DNA of 64,000 bases from Candidatus Sumerlaeia bacterium (GTDB lineage Bacteria > Sumerlaeota > Sumerlaeia > SLMS01 > JANRJK01): assembly GCA_033764015.1 (NCBI GenBank), contig JANRJK010000019.1, positions 32,001-96,000 of the forward strand. The letters run 5' to 3'. The notes beneath the pieces were generated by a model, which did no database searches, had not been told where the DNA came from, and saw only the letters and a list, made by a program, of their open reading frames with translations. Of this stretch, positions 29,473-40,500 are shown piece by piece (the stretch's first letter is position 1; the number at the start of each line of letters is the position of its first letter). The translations under genes were made by a program, and so were the position numbers.

Positions 29473-29898
29473 TCAGTCCACGACCTCGATGCCCATGTTG
29501 CGGGCGGTGCCGGCCATCATCGAGACGGCGGCTTCCAGGCTTGCGGCGTTGATGTCCTTCTTCTTCATCTCGGCGATCTCCGCGAGCTGCTTGCGGGTCA
29601 CCTTGCCCACCTTCTCCTTGTTCGGCTTCGCGGAGCCCTTGGCGATGCCCGCGGCCTTGAGGAGCAGCGTCGGAGCGGGGGGCGACTTCGTCTCGAAGGT
29701 GAACGATCGGTCCGAGAAGACCGTGATCACCACCGGGATCGTGTAGCCTTCCTGCTTCGCGGTGCGCGCGTTGAATTCCTTGCAGAACTGCATGATGTTG
29801 ACGCCGTGCTGGCCCAGCGCGGGGCCGACCGGCGGCGAGGGGTTCGCCTTTCCGGCGGGGCACTGCAGCTTGACCTGGGCGACTGCCTTCTTGGCCAT
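29473..29898 (-). CDS. rplK: 50S ribosomal protein L11
   Basis: [34 protein letters not shown]. Confidence 0.99.
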   Translation of the reverse strand: MAKKAVAQVKLQCPAGKANPSPPVGPALGQHGVNIMQFCKEFNARTAKQEGYTIPVVITVFSDRSFTFETKSPPAPTLLLKAAGIAKGSAKPNKEKVGKVTRKQLAEIAEMKKKDINAASLEAAVSMMAGTARNMGIEVVD

Positions 29899-29958
29899 TT
29901 AGCCTACTCCGATTGGGTCTTCGGGGCGCCTTGGCGGCCCCCGTTCGGTCGAGGGTCC

Positions 29959-30489
29959 TTAGATCGCTTCCACTTCGAGCACGTTCAAATCCACCGGGGT
30001 CGCGCGGCCGAAGATCGACACCATGACGCGGAGCCGCGCCTTGTCCACGTCGATCTCCTCGACAGTCCCCTGGAAGTTCGCGAACGCGCCCTCGATCACC
30101 TTCACCTTGTCGCCCTTGCGGAAACGGATCTCCGCCTTCGGCTTGTCCTTCTTGTCCTCGATCAGCCCCAGCACATTCCCGATCTCCTCTTCCGAGAGGG
30201 CCACCGGGGTGTCGCCGGTGCCGGCGAAGCTCGACACGCCGCCGACTTCCCGCACCATCTTGAACACCTCCCCATCCGATTCCATCTGGATGAAGACGTA
30301 TCCGGGCATAAAGTTGCGGCTCGACTCCTTCTTCTTGCCGTCCTTGACCTCGACGACCTTCTCCTCCGGCACGACGATCTGACCGATCTTATCGCGCAGG
30401 CCCTCGATCGAAGCGCGATGTTCGATGTCGCGCTTCACCTTCTTCTCGAAGCTGGAGTAGGTATGCACCGCATACCATTGCATGGACAT
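29959..30489 (-). CDS. nusG: Transcription termination/antitermination factor NusG
   Basis: WYAVHTYS, FMPGYVF, KOW motif, VSIFGRATPV; AGGAG SD before ATG 30489. Confidence 0.97.
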   Translation of the reverse strand: MSMQWYAVHTYSSFEKKVKRDIEHRASIEGLRDKIGQIVVPEEKVVEVKDGKKKESSRNFMPGYVFIQMESDGEVFKMVREVGGVSSFAGTGDTPVALSEEEIGNVLGLIEDKKDKPKAEIRFRKGDKVKVIEGAFANFQGTVEEIDVDKARLRVMVSIFGRATPVDLNVLEVEAI

Positions 30490-30621
30490 CGGAGTCTCCT
30501 GTCCGCGTCGTGGGGTGGCCGTTCCGCAACCCGCGCCTCGCCGGGCGCGCGCGTCACTCAAAGCCGTTCAGGGATGCCGTGGGCGGGGTGCCGCCGAGGC
30601 GCAGGCGGGCCGGAGCCCTCC

Positions 30622-30858
30622 TTAGCCGATCAGCGACAAGATGAGCTGGACCAGCTCCGAAAGCCCCTTGTCCAGCGAGAAGAACACGACCGAGGCGACC
30701 GCCGTGGAAACCAGCACCAGCGACGTGTACGCCTTGACCTGCTCCTTCGTGGGCCAGGTGACCTTCGTCATCTCGACCTTCACCTCGCGGAAATAGTTTC
30801 CCGTCGAGGCGAGGAAGCCGTTGAACCCTTTTGGCTTGGTGGCTGCAGCTTCAGCCAT
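30622..30858 (-). CDS. secE: Preprotein translocase subunit SecE
   Basis: EMTKVTWP plus a single TM; between trnW and nusG. Confidence 0.95.
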   Translation of the reverse strand: MAEAAATKPKGFNGFLASTGNYFREVKVEMTKVTWPTKEQVKAYTSLVLVSTAVASVVFFSLDKGLSELVQLILSLIG

Positions 30859-30929
30859 CCGCAACTCCTTGGTTCTCCTGCGAGACGCGGGGCCGTGGCC
30901 CGGGTGCGACCGCAGTGTGGCGATTCGTT

Positions 30930-31005
30930 TGGCAGGGGCAGAGGGAATCGAACCCCCAACCTACGGTTTTGGAGACCGGCGCTCTACCAATTGAGCTATG
31001 CCCCT
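30930..31005 (-). tRNA. trnW: tRNA-Trp (anticodon CCA), 76 nt with encoded CCA
   Basis: AGGGGCATAGCTCAATTGGTAGAGCGCCGGTCTCCAAAACCGTAGGTTGGGGGTTCGATTCCCTCTGCCCCTGCCA folds as a cloverleaf; usual position before secE. Confidence 0.98.
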
Positions 31006-31150
31006 ACCGCCGAGCCGAGCGGTAACCGCCCGGCAAGCGCGGCAGTGAGCCCCACCCCCACGCCCCCGCGCAAGCCTTTTTTGCGCAACCACGACACCGG
31101 CGCGCGCCGTTCTCCACCCGCAAGGAAACTATCCGGCGTCCAACGAATGT

Positions 31151-31162
31151 TTGGCTAGCCAA
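31151..31162. promoter_or_regulatory. Palindrome TTGGCTAGCCAA, candidate DtxR/MntR-family operator for feo
   Basis: Perfect 12-bp palindrome about 50 bp upstream of feoA, overlapping AATAAT. Confidence 0.5.
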
Positions 31163-31210
31163 TAATCCGCTTGCAACCCCAGCCGCCGCAGCCCCTAGAG
31201 TCCCCACATC

Positions 31211-31462
31211 ATGACCGACACCGACGCCATCCGCCCGCTCGCCGCCCTCCGCCCCAACGAAGAGGCCCTCATCGTCGAGGTCGCCCACGCGCGCGGCTGC
31301 GGACGCCGCCTCTGCGAACTCGGCCTCTGCCCCGGCATGGTCGTCCGGATGCTCGCCCCTGGCCGCACCTGCCTCCTGCGCGCCGGCGGCGCCAGCCTCT
31401 CCATCCGCGCCGAGGAACTCGACGCGATCCTCGTCGAGCGCCTGCTCCCCGCCGCGTCGTGA
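31211..31462 (+). CDS. feoA: Ferrous iron transport protein A
   Basis: RRLCELGLCPGMVV SH3-like FeoA motif. Confidence 0.85.
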   Translation: MTDTDAIRPLAALRPNEEALIVEVAHARGCGRRLCELGLCPGMVVRMLAPGRTCLLRAGGASLSIRAEELDAILVERLLPAAS

Positions 31463-31695
31463 CGCTCGCGCTCGACAAGCTCAAGCCCGGACAGACCGCG
31501 ACCGTTCTCGAAGTAGGTGGCGAGCCCGTCCTCGCGCAGCGCCTCATGGCCCTCGGCCTCGTCGAAGGCGCCAACGTCGAGTTCCTCCGCACCGCCCCCC
31601 TGGGCGACCCCATCGAAATCCGAGTGGACGGCGCAATCGCGCTGTCGCTCCGCGCCGCCGACGCGCGCGCCGTCTCCGTTTCGCCCAACCCCTGA
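31459..31695 (+). CDS. feoA: Ferrous iron transport protein A (second copy)
   Basis: GTG overlapping the previous stop; RLMALGLVEG, APLGDPIEI, LSLR. Confidence 0.9.
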   Translation: MTLALDKLKPGQTATVLEVGGEPVLAQRLMALGLVEGANVEFLRTAPLGDPIEIRVDGAIALSLRAADARAVSVSPNP

Positions 31696-31707
31696 TCCGG
31701 ACCGCCC

Positions 31708-33900
31708 ATGGCAGCCACCGCGACCCGAGACCGGCGCATCGCGCTGATCGGCAATCCGAACACCGGAAAGACGACGCTCTTCAACGCCCTCACCGGCCAC
31801 CGCGCCCGCGTGGGCAACTACTCGGGCGTCACTGTTGAGAAGCGCGAGGGGCTCCTTAAGGCCGCCGCGGCCCCCACAACCCTCGTCGACCTTCCCGGCA
31901 CCTACAGCCTCGCCGCCGCCTCGCCCGACGAGATGCTCGCCGTCAACCTGCTCCTCGGCCTCCAGGAAGGGGAGGAGCGCCCCGACGGCCTGGTCGTCGT
32001 GGTCGACTCCACCAACCTCGAACGCAACCTCTTCCTCGCGCTGCAGCTCCTCGAGGCGGGACTCCCCACCGTCGTCGCGCTCAACATGGCGGACGCCGCG
32101 CGCGAGCAGGGCCGCCTCGTGGACGCCGCCGCGCTCGCGCAACGGCTCGGCGCCCCCTGCCTCGCCGTCAGCGCGCGCACCGGCGACGGATTGCCGGAGC
32201 TCGCCAAGGCCCTCGACGCCCTCGGCGGCGCGCCGCCCGCGCCGCCGCAGTGCTTCCCCGCCGAGTTCGAACGCGCGGCCGCGGAACTCGCCGCCGCGGT
32301 CGACCCCGCCTCCGCGCCCGGCACCGGCTTCCTCGTCCGCCGCGCGCTGCTCGAAGCCGAGGGCATGGCGGAGCGCGAACTCGCCGAACTCTTCCCCGGC
32401 TCGCCGGAGCGCGTCGCCGCCGCCCGCTCGGCGCTCGAAGCCGCCGGCCTGAAGCCGCGCTCCCTCGAAGCCACCTCCCGCTACCGGTGGATCCGCGAGC
32501 ACGTCGCGCCCCTGCTTCCGAAGGCCCCCTCCGCACCCCGCGACGCGCTGACGGACCGCGTGGACGCCATCCTCACGCACAAGGTCTTCGGCACCGCCAT
32601 CTTCCTCGTCCTGATGGCCGTCGTCTTCCAGTCGATCTACTCCTGGAGCGGCCCGTTGATGGACCTCATCGACGCCGCCTTCGGAGCGCTCGGAGGCTGG
32701 GCTTCGGAGGCGCTGCCCGAGGGCCCGATGCGGAGCCTCGTCGCAGACGGCATCCTCGCCGGCGTGGGGGGCGTCCTCATCTTCCTCCCGCAGATCTGCA
32801 TCCTCTTCCTCTTCATCTCGCTCCTCGAGGACATCGGCTACATGAGCCGCGCCGCGTTCCTGATGGACCGCGTGCTGTCGCGCTGCGGCCTCAGCGGCCG
32901 CAGCTTCATCCCGATGCTCTCCAGCTTCGCCTGCGCGATCCCCGGCGTCATGGCGGCGCGCACCATCGAAGACCCGCGGGACCGCCTCGCCACGATCCTT
33001 GTGGCGCCGCTCATGAGCTGCTCGGCGCGCCTCCCCGTGTACACGCTGCTCATCGGCGCCTTCGTCCCGGACCGGCCGGTTCTCGGAGTGCTCAACCTTC
33101 AAGGACTCACGCTTCTCGCGATGTACCTCGTCGGGGTCGTGGTCGCGATCCCGGTCGCGCTGCTGCTCAAGCGCACGATCCTGAAGGGCAAGACACCCAC
33201 CTTCCTCATCGAGCTTCCGCCCTACCGCCGCCCCCTCGTCGGCAACCTCCTGCACCGCGTCATCGAGCGTGGACAGGTCTTCGTCGTGAAGGCCGGCACC
33301 GTCATCATGGCCGCGTCGATCATCATCTGGGGCCTCAGCTACTACCCCCGGTCCCTCGACGTGGACCTCGTTTACGACACCAAGGCGCTCGGTGCCGAAA
33401 TGCGGCTCGCCTCGGCCGAGGCCGGCGCGCTGGAGGCGGCGCTCGCAGAGGTGGAGGCGGAGCGCGAGGGCGCCCACCTGCGCAACTCCTTCCTCGGGCG
33501 CTTCGGCCGGGTCATCGAACCGGCGGTCGAGCCCCTCGGCTGGGATTGGCGCATCGGCATGGCGGCCATCGCGAGCTTCCCCGCGCGCGAGGTGATCGTC
33601 GCCACGCTCGGCGTCATCTTCGATCTCGGGGCGGAGAGCGCCGACGACGAGGCCTCCCTAGCGCAGAAGCTCGCCGCCGCCACGCGCGAGGACACCGGCG
33701 AGCCGCTCTTCAACCTCCCCGTCGCGCTGTCGATCATGGTCTTCTTCGCGCTCTGCATGCAGTGCGTCTCGACGCTCGCCATCATGCGCCGGGAAACCAA
33801 CGGCTGGAAATGGCCCGCCTTCGCCTTCGGCTACATGACCACCCTCGCCTACCTCGGCGCGTTCGCCGCCTACCAGATCGCTTCGGCGCTGCTGGCATGA
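31708..33900 (+). CDS. feoB: Ferrous iron transport protein B
   Basis: GNPNTGKTT, GNYSGVTVE, DLPGTYS, NMAD, MSCSARLPVY, ELPPY. Confidence 0.98.
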   Translation: MAATATRDRRIALIGNPNTGKTTLFNALTGHRARVGNYSGVTVEKREGLLKAAAAPTTLVDLPGTYSLAAASPDEMLAVNLLLGLQEGEERPDGLVVVVDSTNLERNLFLALQLLEAGLPTVVALNMADAAREQGRLVDAAALAQRLGAPCLAVSARTGDGLPELAKALDALGGAPPAPPQCFPAEFERAAAELAAAVDPASAPGTGFLVRRALLEAEGMAERELAELFPGSPERVAAARSALEAAGLKPRSLEATSRYRWIREHVAPLLPKAPSAPRDALTDRVDAILTHKVFGTAIFLVLMAVVFQSIYSWSGPLMDLIDAAFGALGGWASEALPEGPMRSLVADGILAGVGGVLIFLPQICILFLFISLLEDIGYMSRAAFLMDRVLSRCGLSGRSFIPMLSSFACAIPGVMAARTIEDPRDRLATILVAPLMSCSARLPVYTLLIGAFVPDRPVLGVLNLQGLTLLAMYLVGVVVAIPVALLLKRTILKGKTPTFLIELPPYRRPLVGNLLHRVIERGQVFVVKAGTVIMAASIIIWGLSYYPRSLDVDLVYDTKALGAEMRLASAEAGALEAALAEVEAEREGAHLRNSFLGRFGRVIEPAVEPLGWDWRIGMAAIASFPAREVIVATLGVIFDLGAESADDEASLAQKLAAATREDTGEPLFNLPVALSIMVFFALCMQCVSTLAIMRRETNGWKWPAFAFGYMTTLAYLGAFAAYQIASALLA

Positions 33901-34358
33901 GGATCCTCGTCCAGCGCGTCGCCAGGGCGAAGGTCGAGGTGGGGGAGCGGACCACCGGGGCCATCGGCCCGGGGCTGCTGCTCCTTGTCGGCTTCGGCGC
34001 CGGCGACACGGAGCGGCTGATCCGCCCCGCGGCCGAGAAGGTGCTGAACCTGCGCATCTTCCCCGACGACGCCGGGAACATGAACCGGAGCCTCCTCGAA
34101 ACCGGCGGCGGCGTGCTGGTCGTCTCGCAGTTCACGCTCTACGCCGACGCGCGCAAGGGCCGCCGCCCCTCCTTCACCGGCGCCTTGGCGCCCGCCGATG
34201 CCTCCCGCCTGTGCGACGCCTTCATCGCCACGCTCCGCCAGCTCCACCCCGGCGGCGACATCGAGACCGGGGAGTTCGGCGCGATGATGGAGGTGTCGCT
34301 GGTCAACTCCGGGCCGGTGACGATCTGGCTCGATTCGGCGGAGATGGGCTGGGCTTAG
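33897..34358 (+). CDS. dtd: D-aminoacyl-tRNA deacylase
   Basis: MRILVQRV, LRIF, SQFTL, KGRRPSF, FGAMMEVSLVNSGPVT; ATGA overlap with feoB. Confidence 0.97.
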   Translation: MRILVQRVARAKVEVGERTTGAIGPGLLLLVGFGAGDTERLIRPAAEKVLNLRIFPDDAGNMNRSLLETGGGVLVVSQFTLYADARKGRRPSFTGALAPADASRLCDAFIATLRQLHPGGDIETGEFGAMMEVSLVNSGPVTIWLDSAEMGWA

Positions 34359-34526
34359 GGAGAAGTCGGCGCTGGTTTGTCGACACAGCCTGTCGATTCC
34401 CGCCTCCCGGGGCTATCCGATGAATACAAGCGTATATTTCAGAGTACTCTATACTAAATAGACTAATCACGTGGGACAAATCCGCTTTTTTCGTCCCGGA
34501 GCCCGGTCATGGTTGACGCCTGCCGG

Positions 34527-34540
34527 GGTAAACGGTTTCC
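34527..34540. promoter_or_regulatory. Candidate LacI/GalR-family (cre-like) operator
   Basis: GGTAAACGGTTTCC fits GWAANCGNTTWC; lies downstream of TTGACG (34513) and 60 bp before the glycosidase start. Confidence 0.5.
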
Positions 34541-34599
34541 TTACATGCTCACTACCGGCGGGGCGGCCGCCCCTCCATGCCTGCAAGGAGGCTTCCTAC

Positions 34600-37500
34600 G
34601 TGAACTTCGACCATCGGCGCCCGCCCGGGCGCGTCTCGGGACTGTCCGCGCTCGCCATCGCGCTCGCCGCGCTTGGCGTGCTGACGGCTCCCGTCGCCGC
34701 TCCCGCGCAAGGCCAGGTGAACCGCGCACCCAAGGTGACGTGGCACTGGCACCAGCATCAACCGATCTACTGGAACGACAAGACCCGCTCTTCCGCGGAC
34801 GACCGCTACGAGACCGCCTGGGAGTCGATCCAACAGAAGGACGGCGGCAATGCCCACCCCTCGAACAATCTGCGCGAGATCTTCGGCAAGGACGACCGCG
34901 TCGCGGCCTACCAGTGGCGCATGCGCGACTCCCTCGGCAGCATCGGGAGCCACCTCAACTCCGGCGTCACTGTCACCTACTCCGGCGCCCTCATGGAGAA
35001 CATCAAGAGCCTCGGCAACGCCAACCAGCTAGGCTACTCGGGCGGTTGGAAGAACCCGATCCTCGAGGCGATCAACTGGCGCACCACCGGCGGCGCGCGC
35101 CGCATGGACATCACCAACTTCACTCACCACCACTCGCTGACCGGCCTACAGGACCCGGTCACGATCGCGATGGAGATCCGCCTCAACCAGGAAATGCAGA
35201 TGCAGACCCTGGGCCTCTCCATGAACGACCTCTCCGACGGCTTCTTCCCGACGGAGCTGACGTTCTCGACGCGCCTGATCCCGACGCTGCTGGACGCGGG
35301 CATCGAGTGGACCTACGTCTCGGGCGAGAAAATCGCGCGTGCCATGCCCGACTTCCCGCTCGTCCTCGGGTCCGGCGGCGTCATGTGCGCACCGCCCAAC
35401 CGCGCCGACAAGCTCAACCCCCCGGGCGTGAATTTCCTCCGTTACTCCATCGACCGCGGCTGCTCGCCGGTGAACGCCAACCCGGCCTCCTACCAGCCGG
35501 CCTACGTCCAGTGGGTCGATCCCAACAGCCCGCTCGGCAATCCGACGGTCCGCAAGATGGTCGCGGTCCCCATCGACCAGGCGTGGAGCTGGAACGACGG
35601 CTACCGCTGCATCGGCTCCTCGTTCCTCGATGACATCAACTCTCGCAACAACACCAACCAGCCTTCGCTCGTGGTGCTCGGGCACGACGGCGACAACGCG
35701 TTCGGCGGCGGCTTCTCCTACTACCTCGAATGCGTTCCGAACCTCGCCAACGACGCGCGCAACAAGGGCTACGAAGTCACCGTCGTCGAGCAGTACCTCA
35801 GCCAGTTCCCGCCCAGCACCTCGAACGTGATCCATGTCGAGGACGGCGGCTGGGTGAACGCCGATTCGGACTTCGGCTCCCCGACCTTCATCAACTGGAA
35901 CTACCCGCTGCTGTCGTCGACGGGGCAGGTCGATCCGGTGAACGGCTGGCACGAGAAGATCCGAGACATGGCGATCTTCACGGCGACGCTGAACCGCGTC
36001 CTCACCGCCCAGCAGATCACCGGCCACACGCCGAACTTCGCCAAGATCCTCAACCCCGACGGCTCCACCGCCGCGGTCGACAAGGCCTGGCACTACTTCC
36101 TGGGCTCGCTCGACTCCGGCAACGTGTACTTCGGGCCCGCCGAGGACCTCGAAGTGAAGGCCACGTTGGGCTGCAACGAAGCGAACCAGCGCATCGACTC
36201 GATCCTCTCGAACCTGTCGAACGACCTCACGCCCCCTTCCATCCTCCTGCCGCAGCGCTTCCCGTACAACCCGGGCGGCGAGAACTACGGCGTCGAGTTC
36301 GGCTACCGCCGCGTCGTCGACGACGGCGACTTCCACATCTACACGTTCGCCGCCGACGCCTCCGGCGTGGCCTCCTCGACGCTGAAGTACCGCATCGACA
36401 CCGACGGCGCGAACCCCCTCACGTCGCACGTGAACGAGCTGTACGCGGACGGCAGCTCCACCGGCGAGGTCGGCGCCTGGCAGTCGCTGGCGATGACCAA
36501 GCGCGTCTTCCCGAAGGGCCTCCCCGCGGGTTACACCAACGGCGCGATCAACTTCTTCGAGCTACCCACCCACATCGCCGACCACTTCTCGGTGCCGGTG
36601 AACGGCCTCCGCGACGTGCTGATCGACTACTACGTCGAATCGGTCGACACGCGCGGCAACGTCAGCCGCTCGCCAATCCAGCACGTGTACATCGGCGACG
36701 GTTCCGGCTCCGGCGGCGGCGACACCACCGTCACCATCGCCCCCAACCCGCCGGTCCGCGGCGAATCCGCCACGATCACCTACAACGCCACCGGCCGTCC
36801 GCTCGACGCCGCCGCGAACGTCTACATCCACCGCGGCCAGAACGGCTGGCAGAACGTCGTGACCCCGGACCCGCAGATGGTCCCGACCGGCACGCCGAAG
36901 CAGTTCACCCACACCTTCACGGTTCCCGACACCGCCACCGTGGTGAACGCCGTCTTCAACAACGGCACCGGAACCTGGGATAACAACAGCGGCCAGGACT
37001 GGGCCTTCAACACCATCGAAGGCTCCGACAACCCGCCCACCGCCGCCTTCGGCGCTTCGCCCACCAACGGCGTCGCACCGCTCGCGGTCCAGTTCACCGA
37101 CGCGTCGACGAACTCGCCCACCGCCTGGGAGTGGGACTTCGACAACAACGGCACGGTGGATAGCACCGAGCAGAACCCGCAGTTCACCTACACGACCGCC
37201 GGCTTCAAGACGGTCAAGCTGGTCGCCTCGAACACCTTCGGCTCCGACGAGGAGGTGAAGACGAACTTCATCAACGTCGGCGCCCCGCCCACGGACCCGA
37301 GCATCTCGCTCAACAAGGCGCAGATCACCGCGTCCTCCATCGTCGGCAGCGACGCGACCGCGGACAGCTTCACCGTGCGCAACTCCGGCGTCGGGACGCT
37401 CAACTACACCGTCGCCACCTCGACCGCGGGCCGGCGCGGGCTCAATCCGACCCCCGCCCAAATCGCCCGCATGGTCCTGGGCCTCGACCCGGCCGACATG

Positions 37501-40500
37501 GCGGCGGACCTGAACAACGACGGCGTGGTCGACATGGCCGACGCCATCTACGACGGGCCCGCGCCGAGCTGGCTGATCGCGACCCCAACCTCCGGCAGTT
37601 CGACCGGCGAAGAGGATACCATCGCGGTCCAGTTCGACAGCGACGCGCTCGCGCCCGGCACCTACAACGGCACGATCACCGTCGCGGGCAACGCGCCGAA
37701 CTCGCCGCGCACCATCGCGGTGACGCTCAACGTCGCGGAGAACATCCCCGCCACCACGACCGTGGTCCCGAACCCGCCGATCGCGGGACAGGGCGCCCGC
37801 GTCTGGTACCAGCAGGCCGGCGGCCCGCTCGCATCCTTCGGCGCCATCAACCTGCACTGGGGCATCAACGGCGGGCTTGCCGCAGGCGGCACCTGGCAGG
37901 GCGTCACAACCACCCCGATGACCAAGTCCGGCACCACCACCATGTGGTACGCCGACATCACGATCCCGGCCAACGCCACGTCGCTCAACTTCGTGACGAA
38001 CAACGCGGGCACCACCTGGGACAACAACGCGGGCGCCGACTGGAACTTCGCCGTCACCGGCGGTGCGCCCGGCATCGTGCTCTCCACCACCACCCTCACC
38101 GCGACGGCGGTCCAGGGATCGAGCCCGTCGAGCCAGTCCTTCACGGTCCGCAACTCCGGCGGCGGCACGTTGAGCTACACGCTCACCAAGGCGAGCACTG
38201 GCAGCGGCACCGACTGGTTCGCGGTCGCGCCCGGTTCCGGCACCTCCACCGGCGAAGCCGACACGGTCACCGTCACCTACAACACCACGGCGCTCGCGCA
38301 GGGCAGCTACTCCGCCCGTATCGACGTCGCGGGCAACGCCGCGAACAGCCCGCAGTCTGTTGACGTCAACCTGACGATCACCGCTTCGATTCCCAATACG
38401 ACAACCGTGGTGCCGAACCCGCCGAACGCGGGCGAGGCGGCGCGCGTCTGGTACCAGCAGGCCGGCGGCCCGCTGGCGGCCTTCAGCGCCATCAACCTCC
38501 ACTGGGGCATCAACGGCGGCCCCACCGGCGGCAGCGCCTGGTCCAACGTCACGTCGACGCCCATGACCAAGTCCGGCTCCACCACCATGTGGTTCGCCGA
38601 CATCACGATCCCGGCCAACGCCACGTCGCTCAACTTCGTGACGAACAACGCCGGGACCACCTGGGACAATAACAGCAACAACAACTGGAACTTCGCGGTG
38701 AACTCGGGCGACGCCGCGATCGAGCTCAGCACCAGCTCGATCACCGCCACCGCCGCGGAGGGCGCCACGCCCTCCACGCAGACCTTCACGGTCCGCAACG
38801 CCGGCGAAGGCGTCCTCAACTGGAGCGCCTCCTTCACGCCCGATCCGCTCCGCGCCGCCCGCGGCACCGGCGGCGGCACCCGCAAGACCATCGCCATCGA
38901 CGGCGTCAACACAGCCGGCGAATGGACCGACAACGAAATCGTCGCCTCCGATCCCGCCTTCGACAACGCGAACGTCTCCGGCGGCAACTGGTCCACGCAC
39001 GAAACCCAGTTCGACTACACGCAGCTCTACTCCGCCTGGGACGACCAGTTCCTCTACGTCGCCTTCCAGATCGCGGACGTGATCGACGTCGAGGACCCGG
39101 CCAACGCCGGCTCCTCGCAGGGCACCCGCCCGCACCAGATGAACCTGATCCAGTACATCGCCATCGACACCAAGGACGGCGGCTACGGCTCCGATCCCGC
39201 GACCGGCGACATGTGGGGCAAGGGCCACGGCTTCCTCGGCGACAACCGCCCGGACTACCAGGTCTACTTCGCCTCGAACTTCTGGCAGGGCCCCTTCCTT
39301 TGCCCGTATGACAACGGATGGGACCCCGACAACGACACGACCGGCCCGTCGCCCACGGGTCTGAGGGGCGCCTCGGCCAACCATTGGGCCGGCGGCGACA
39401 TCATCGGCCCCGGCGGCAAGGACTACGTCGCCACCACCAGCCACAACGAAGGCCGCTCCAGCTTCTTCGAGGTCCGCATTCCGCTCGCCCTCATCGGCAG
39501 CCCAGACCTCGACACCGACGGCATCGGCATCTGGGTCAGCCACGGAGAAGGCGACCTCTTCTCCGGCGTCGACTCGATCCCGAACGACCCCGCCACGACG
39601 AACACGCCGGGCGTCTCGCAGTCCAACTCGCCGAACGAGTGGGAGGACTTCGACAACTACTCGGAGCCCTTCGCCGCGGTCGGCAACGGCGGCATCAACG
39701 GCGGCGGCGGTAGCTGGCTGACGCTCACCCCGACCGCCGGCACGTCCACGGGCGAAACCGATTCGGTCACGGTCTCCTTCGACACCACGGGCCTGCTCGC
39801 GGGTAGCTATGCGGGCACGGTCACCGTCACGGGCAACGCGCCCAATTCGCCGCGCACGATCCCGGTGACGCTCACCATCACCGGCGGCGGCACGCCGAAC
39901 CCGCAGACGCAGCTCTCGACCAGCTCGGTCAACGCCTCCGCGCAGCAGGGCGCCACCCCCGCCAACTCGACGTTCACGGTCCGCAACAGCGGCACCGGCA
40001 CGCTCAACTACACGCTCACGAAGCAGAACACCGGCGACGGCGTGGCGTGGTTCACGGTGTCGCCGACGAGCGGAACCTCGACCGGCGAGGCCGACACGAT
40101 CACCGTCTCGTACAACACCACGGGCCTCGCGCCCGACACGTACGCGGCGGCGGTGGAAGTCGCCGGCGGCAACAGCGGGCCGCAGATGCTGAGCGTCTTC
40201 CTCACCGTCACCAGCGCTCCGACCCAGCCCACCATCGTCATCGGTCCGGGCCCGAGCCTCGGCACCAACGTCGAGGGCACCTCCTACAACCAGGAGTTCC
40301 AGGACTGGACCGCCGCCGACGTCCGCGGCCTCGACACGAACGACGCCGCCGCCCTCGGCGACGGCTATGACGGCTCGCGCGACATCTCGGCGTTCTACAG
40401 CCGCTTCCAGGGCGACAACCTGATGCTGCGCGTCGACCTGCTCGAACTCGGCATCTTCGCCGAGAACGGCAACGTCGACGTGTACGTCCTGATCGACTGC

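Noticed and set aside
28704..29898. Genome-wide UGA reassignment suggested by the 4-bp tRNA-Trp
   Set aside because: rplA, rplK, feoB and sdhB end in TGA at their normal lengths, and genes here translate full-length with the standard code
30870..30930. Prophage or island integrated at tRNA-Trp
   Set aside because: secE follows directly; no integrase and no duplicated tRNA 3' end seen
37759..38697. DGR template/variable repeat pair
   Set aside because: Both copies are in-frame domains of one gene, differences are not adenine-specific, and there is no reverse transcriptase
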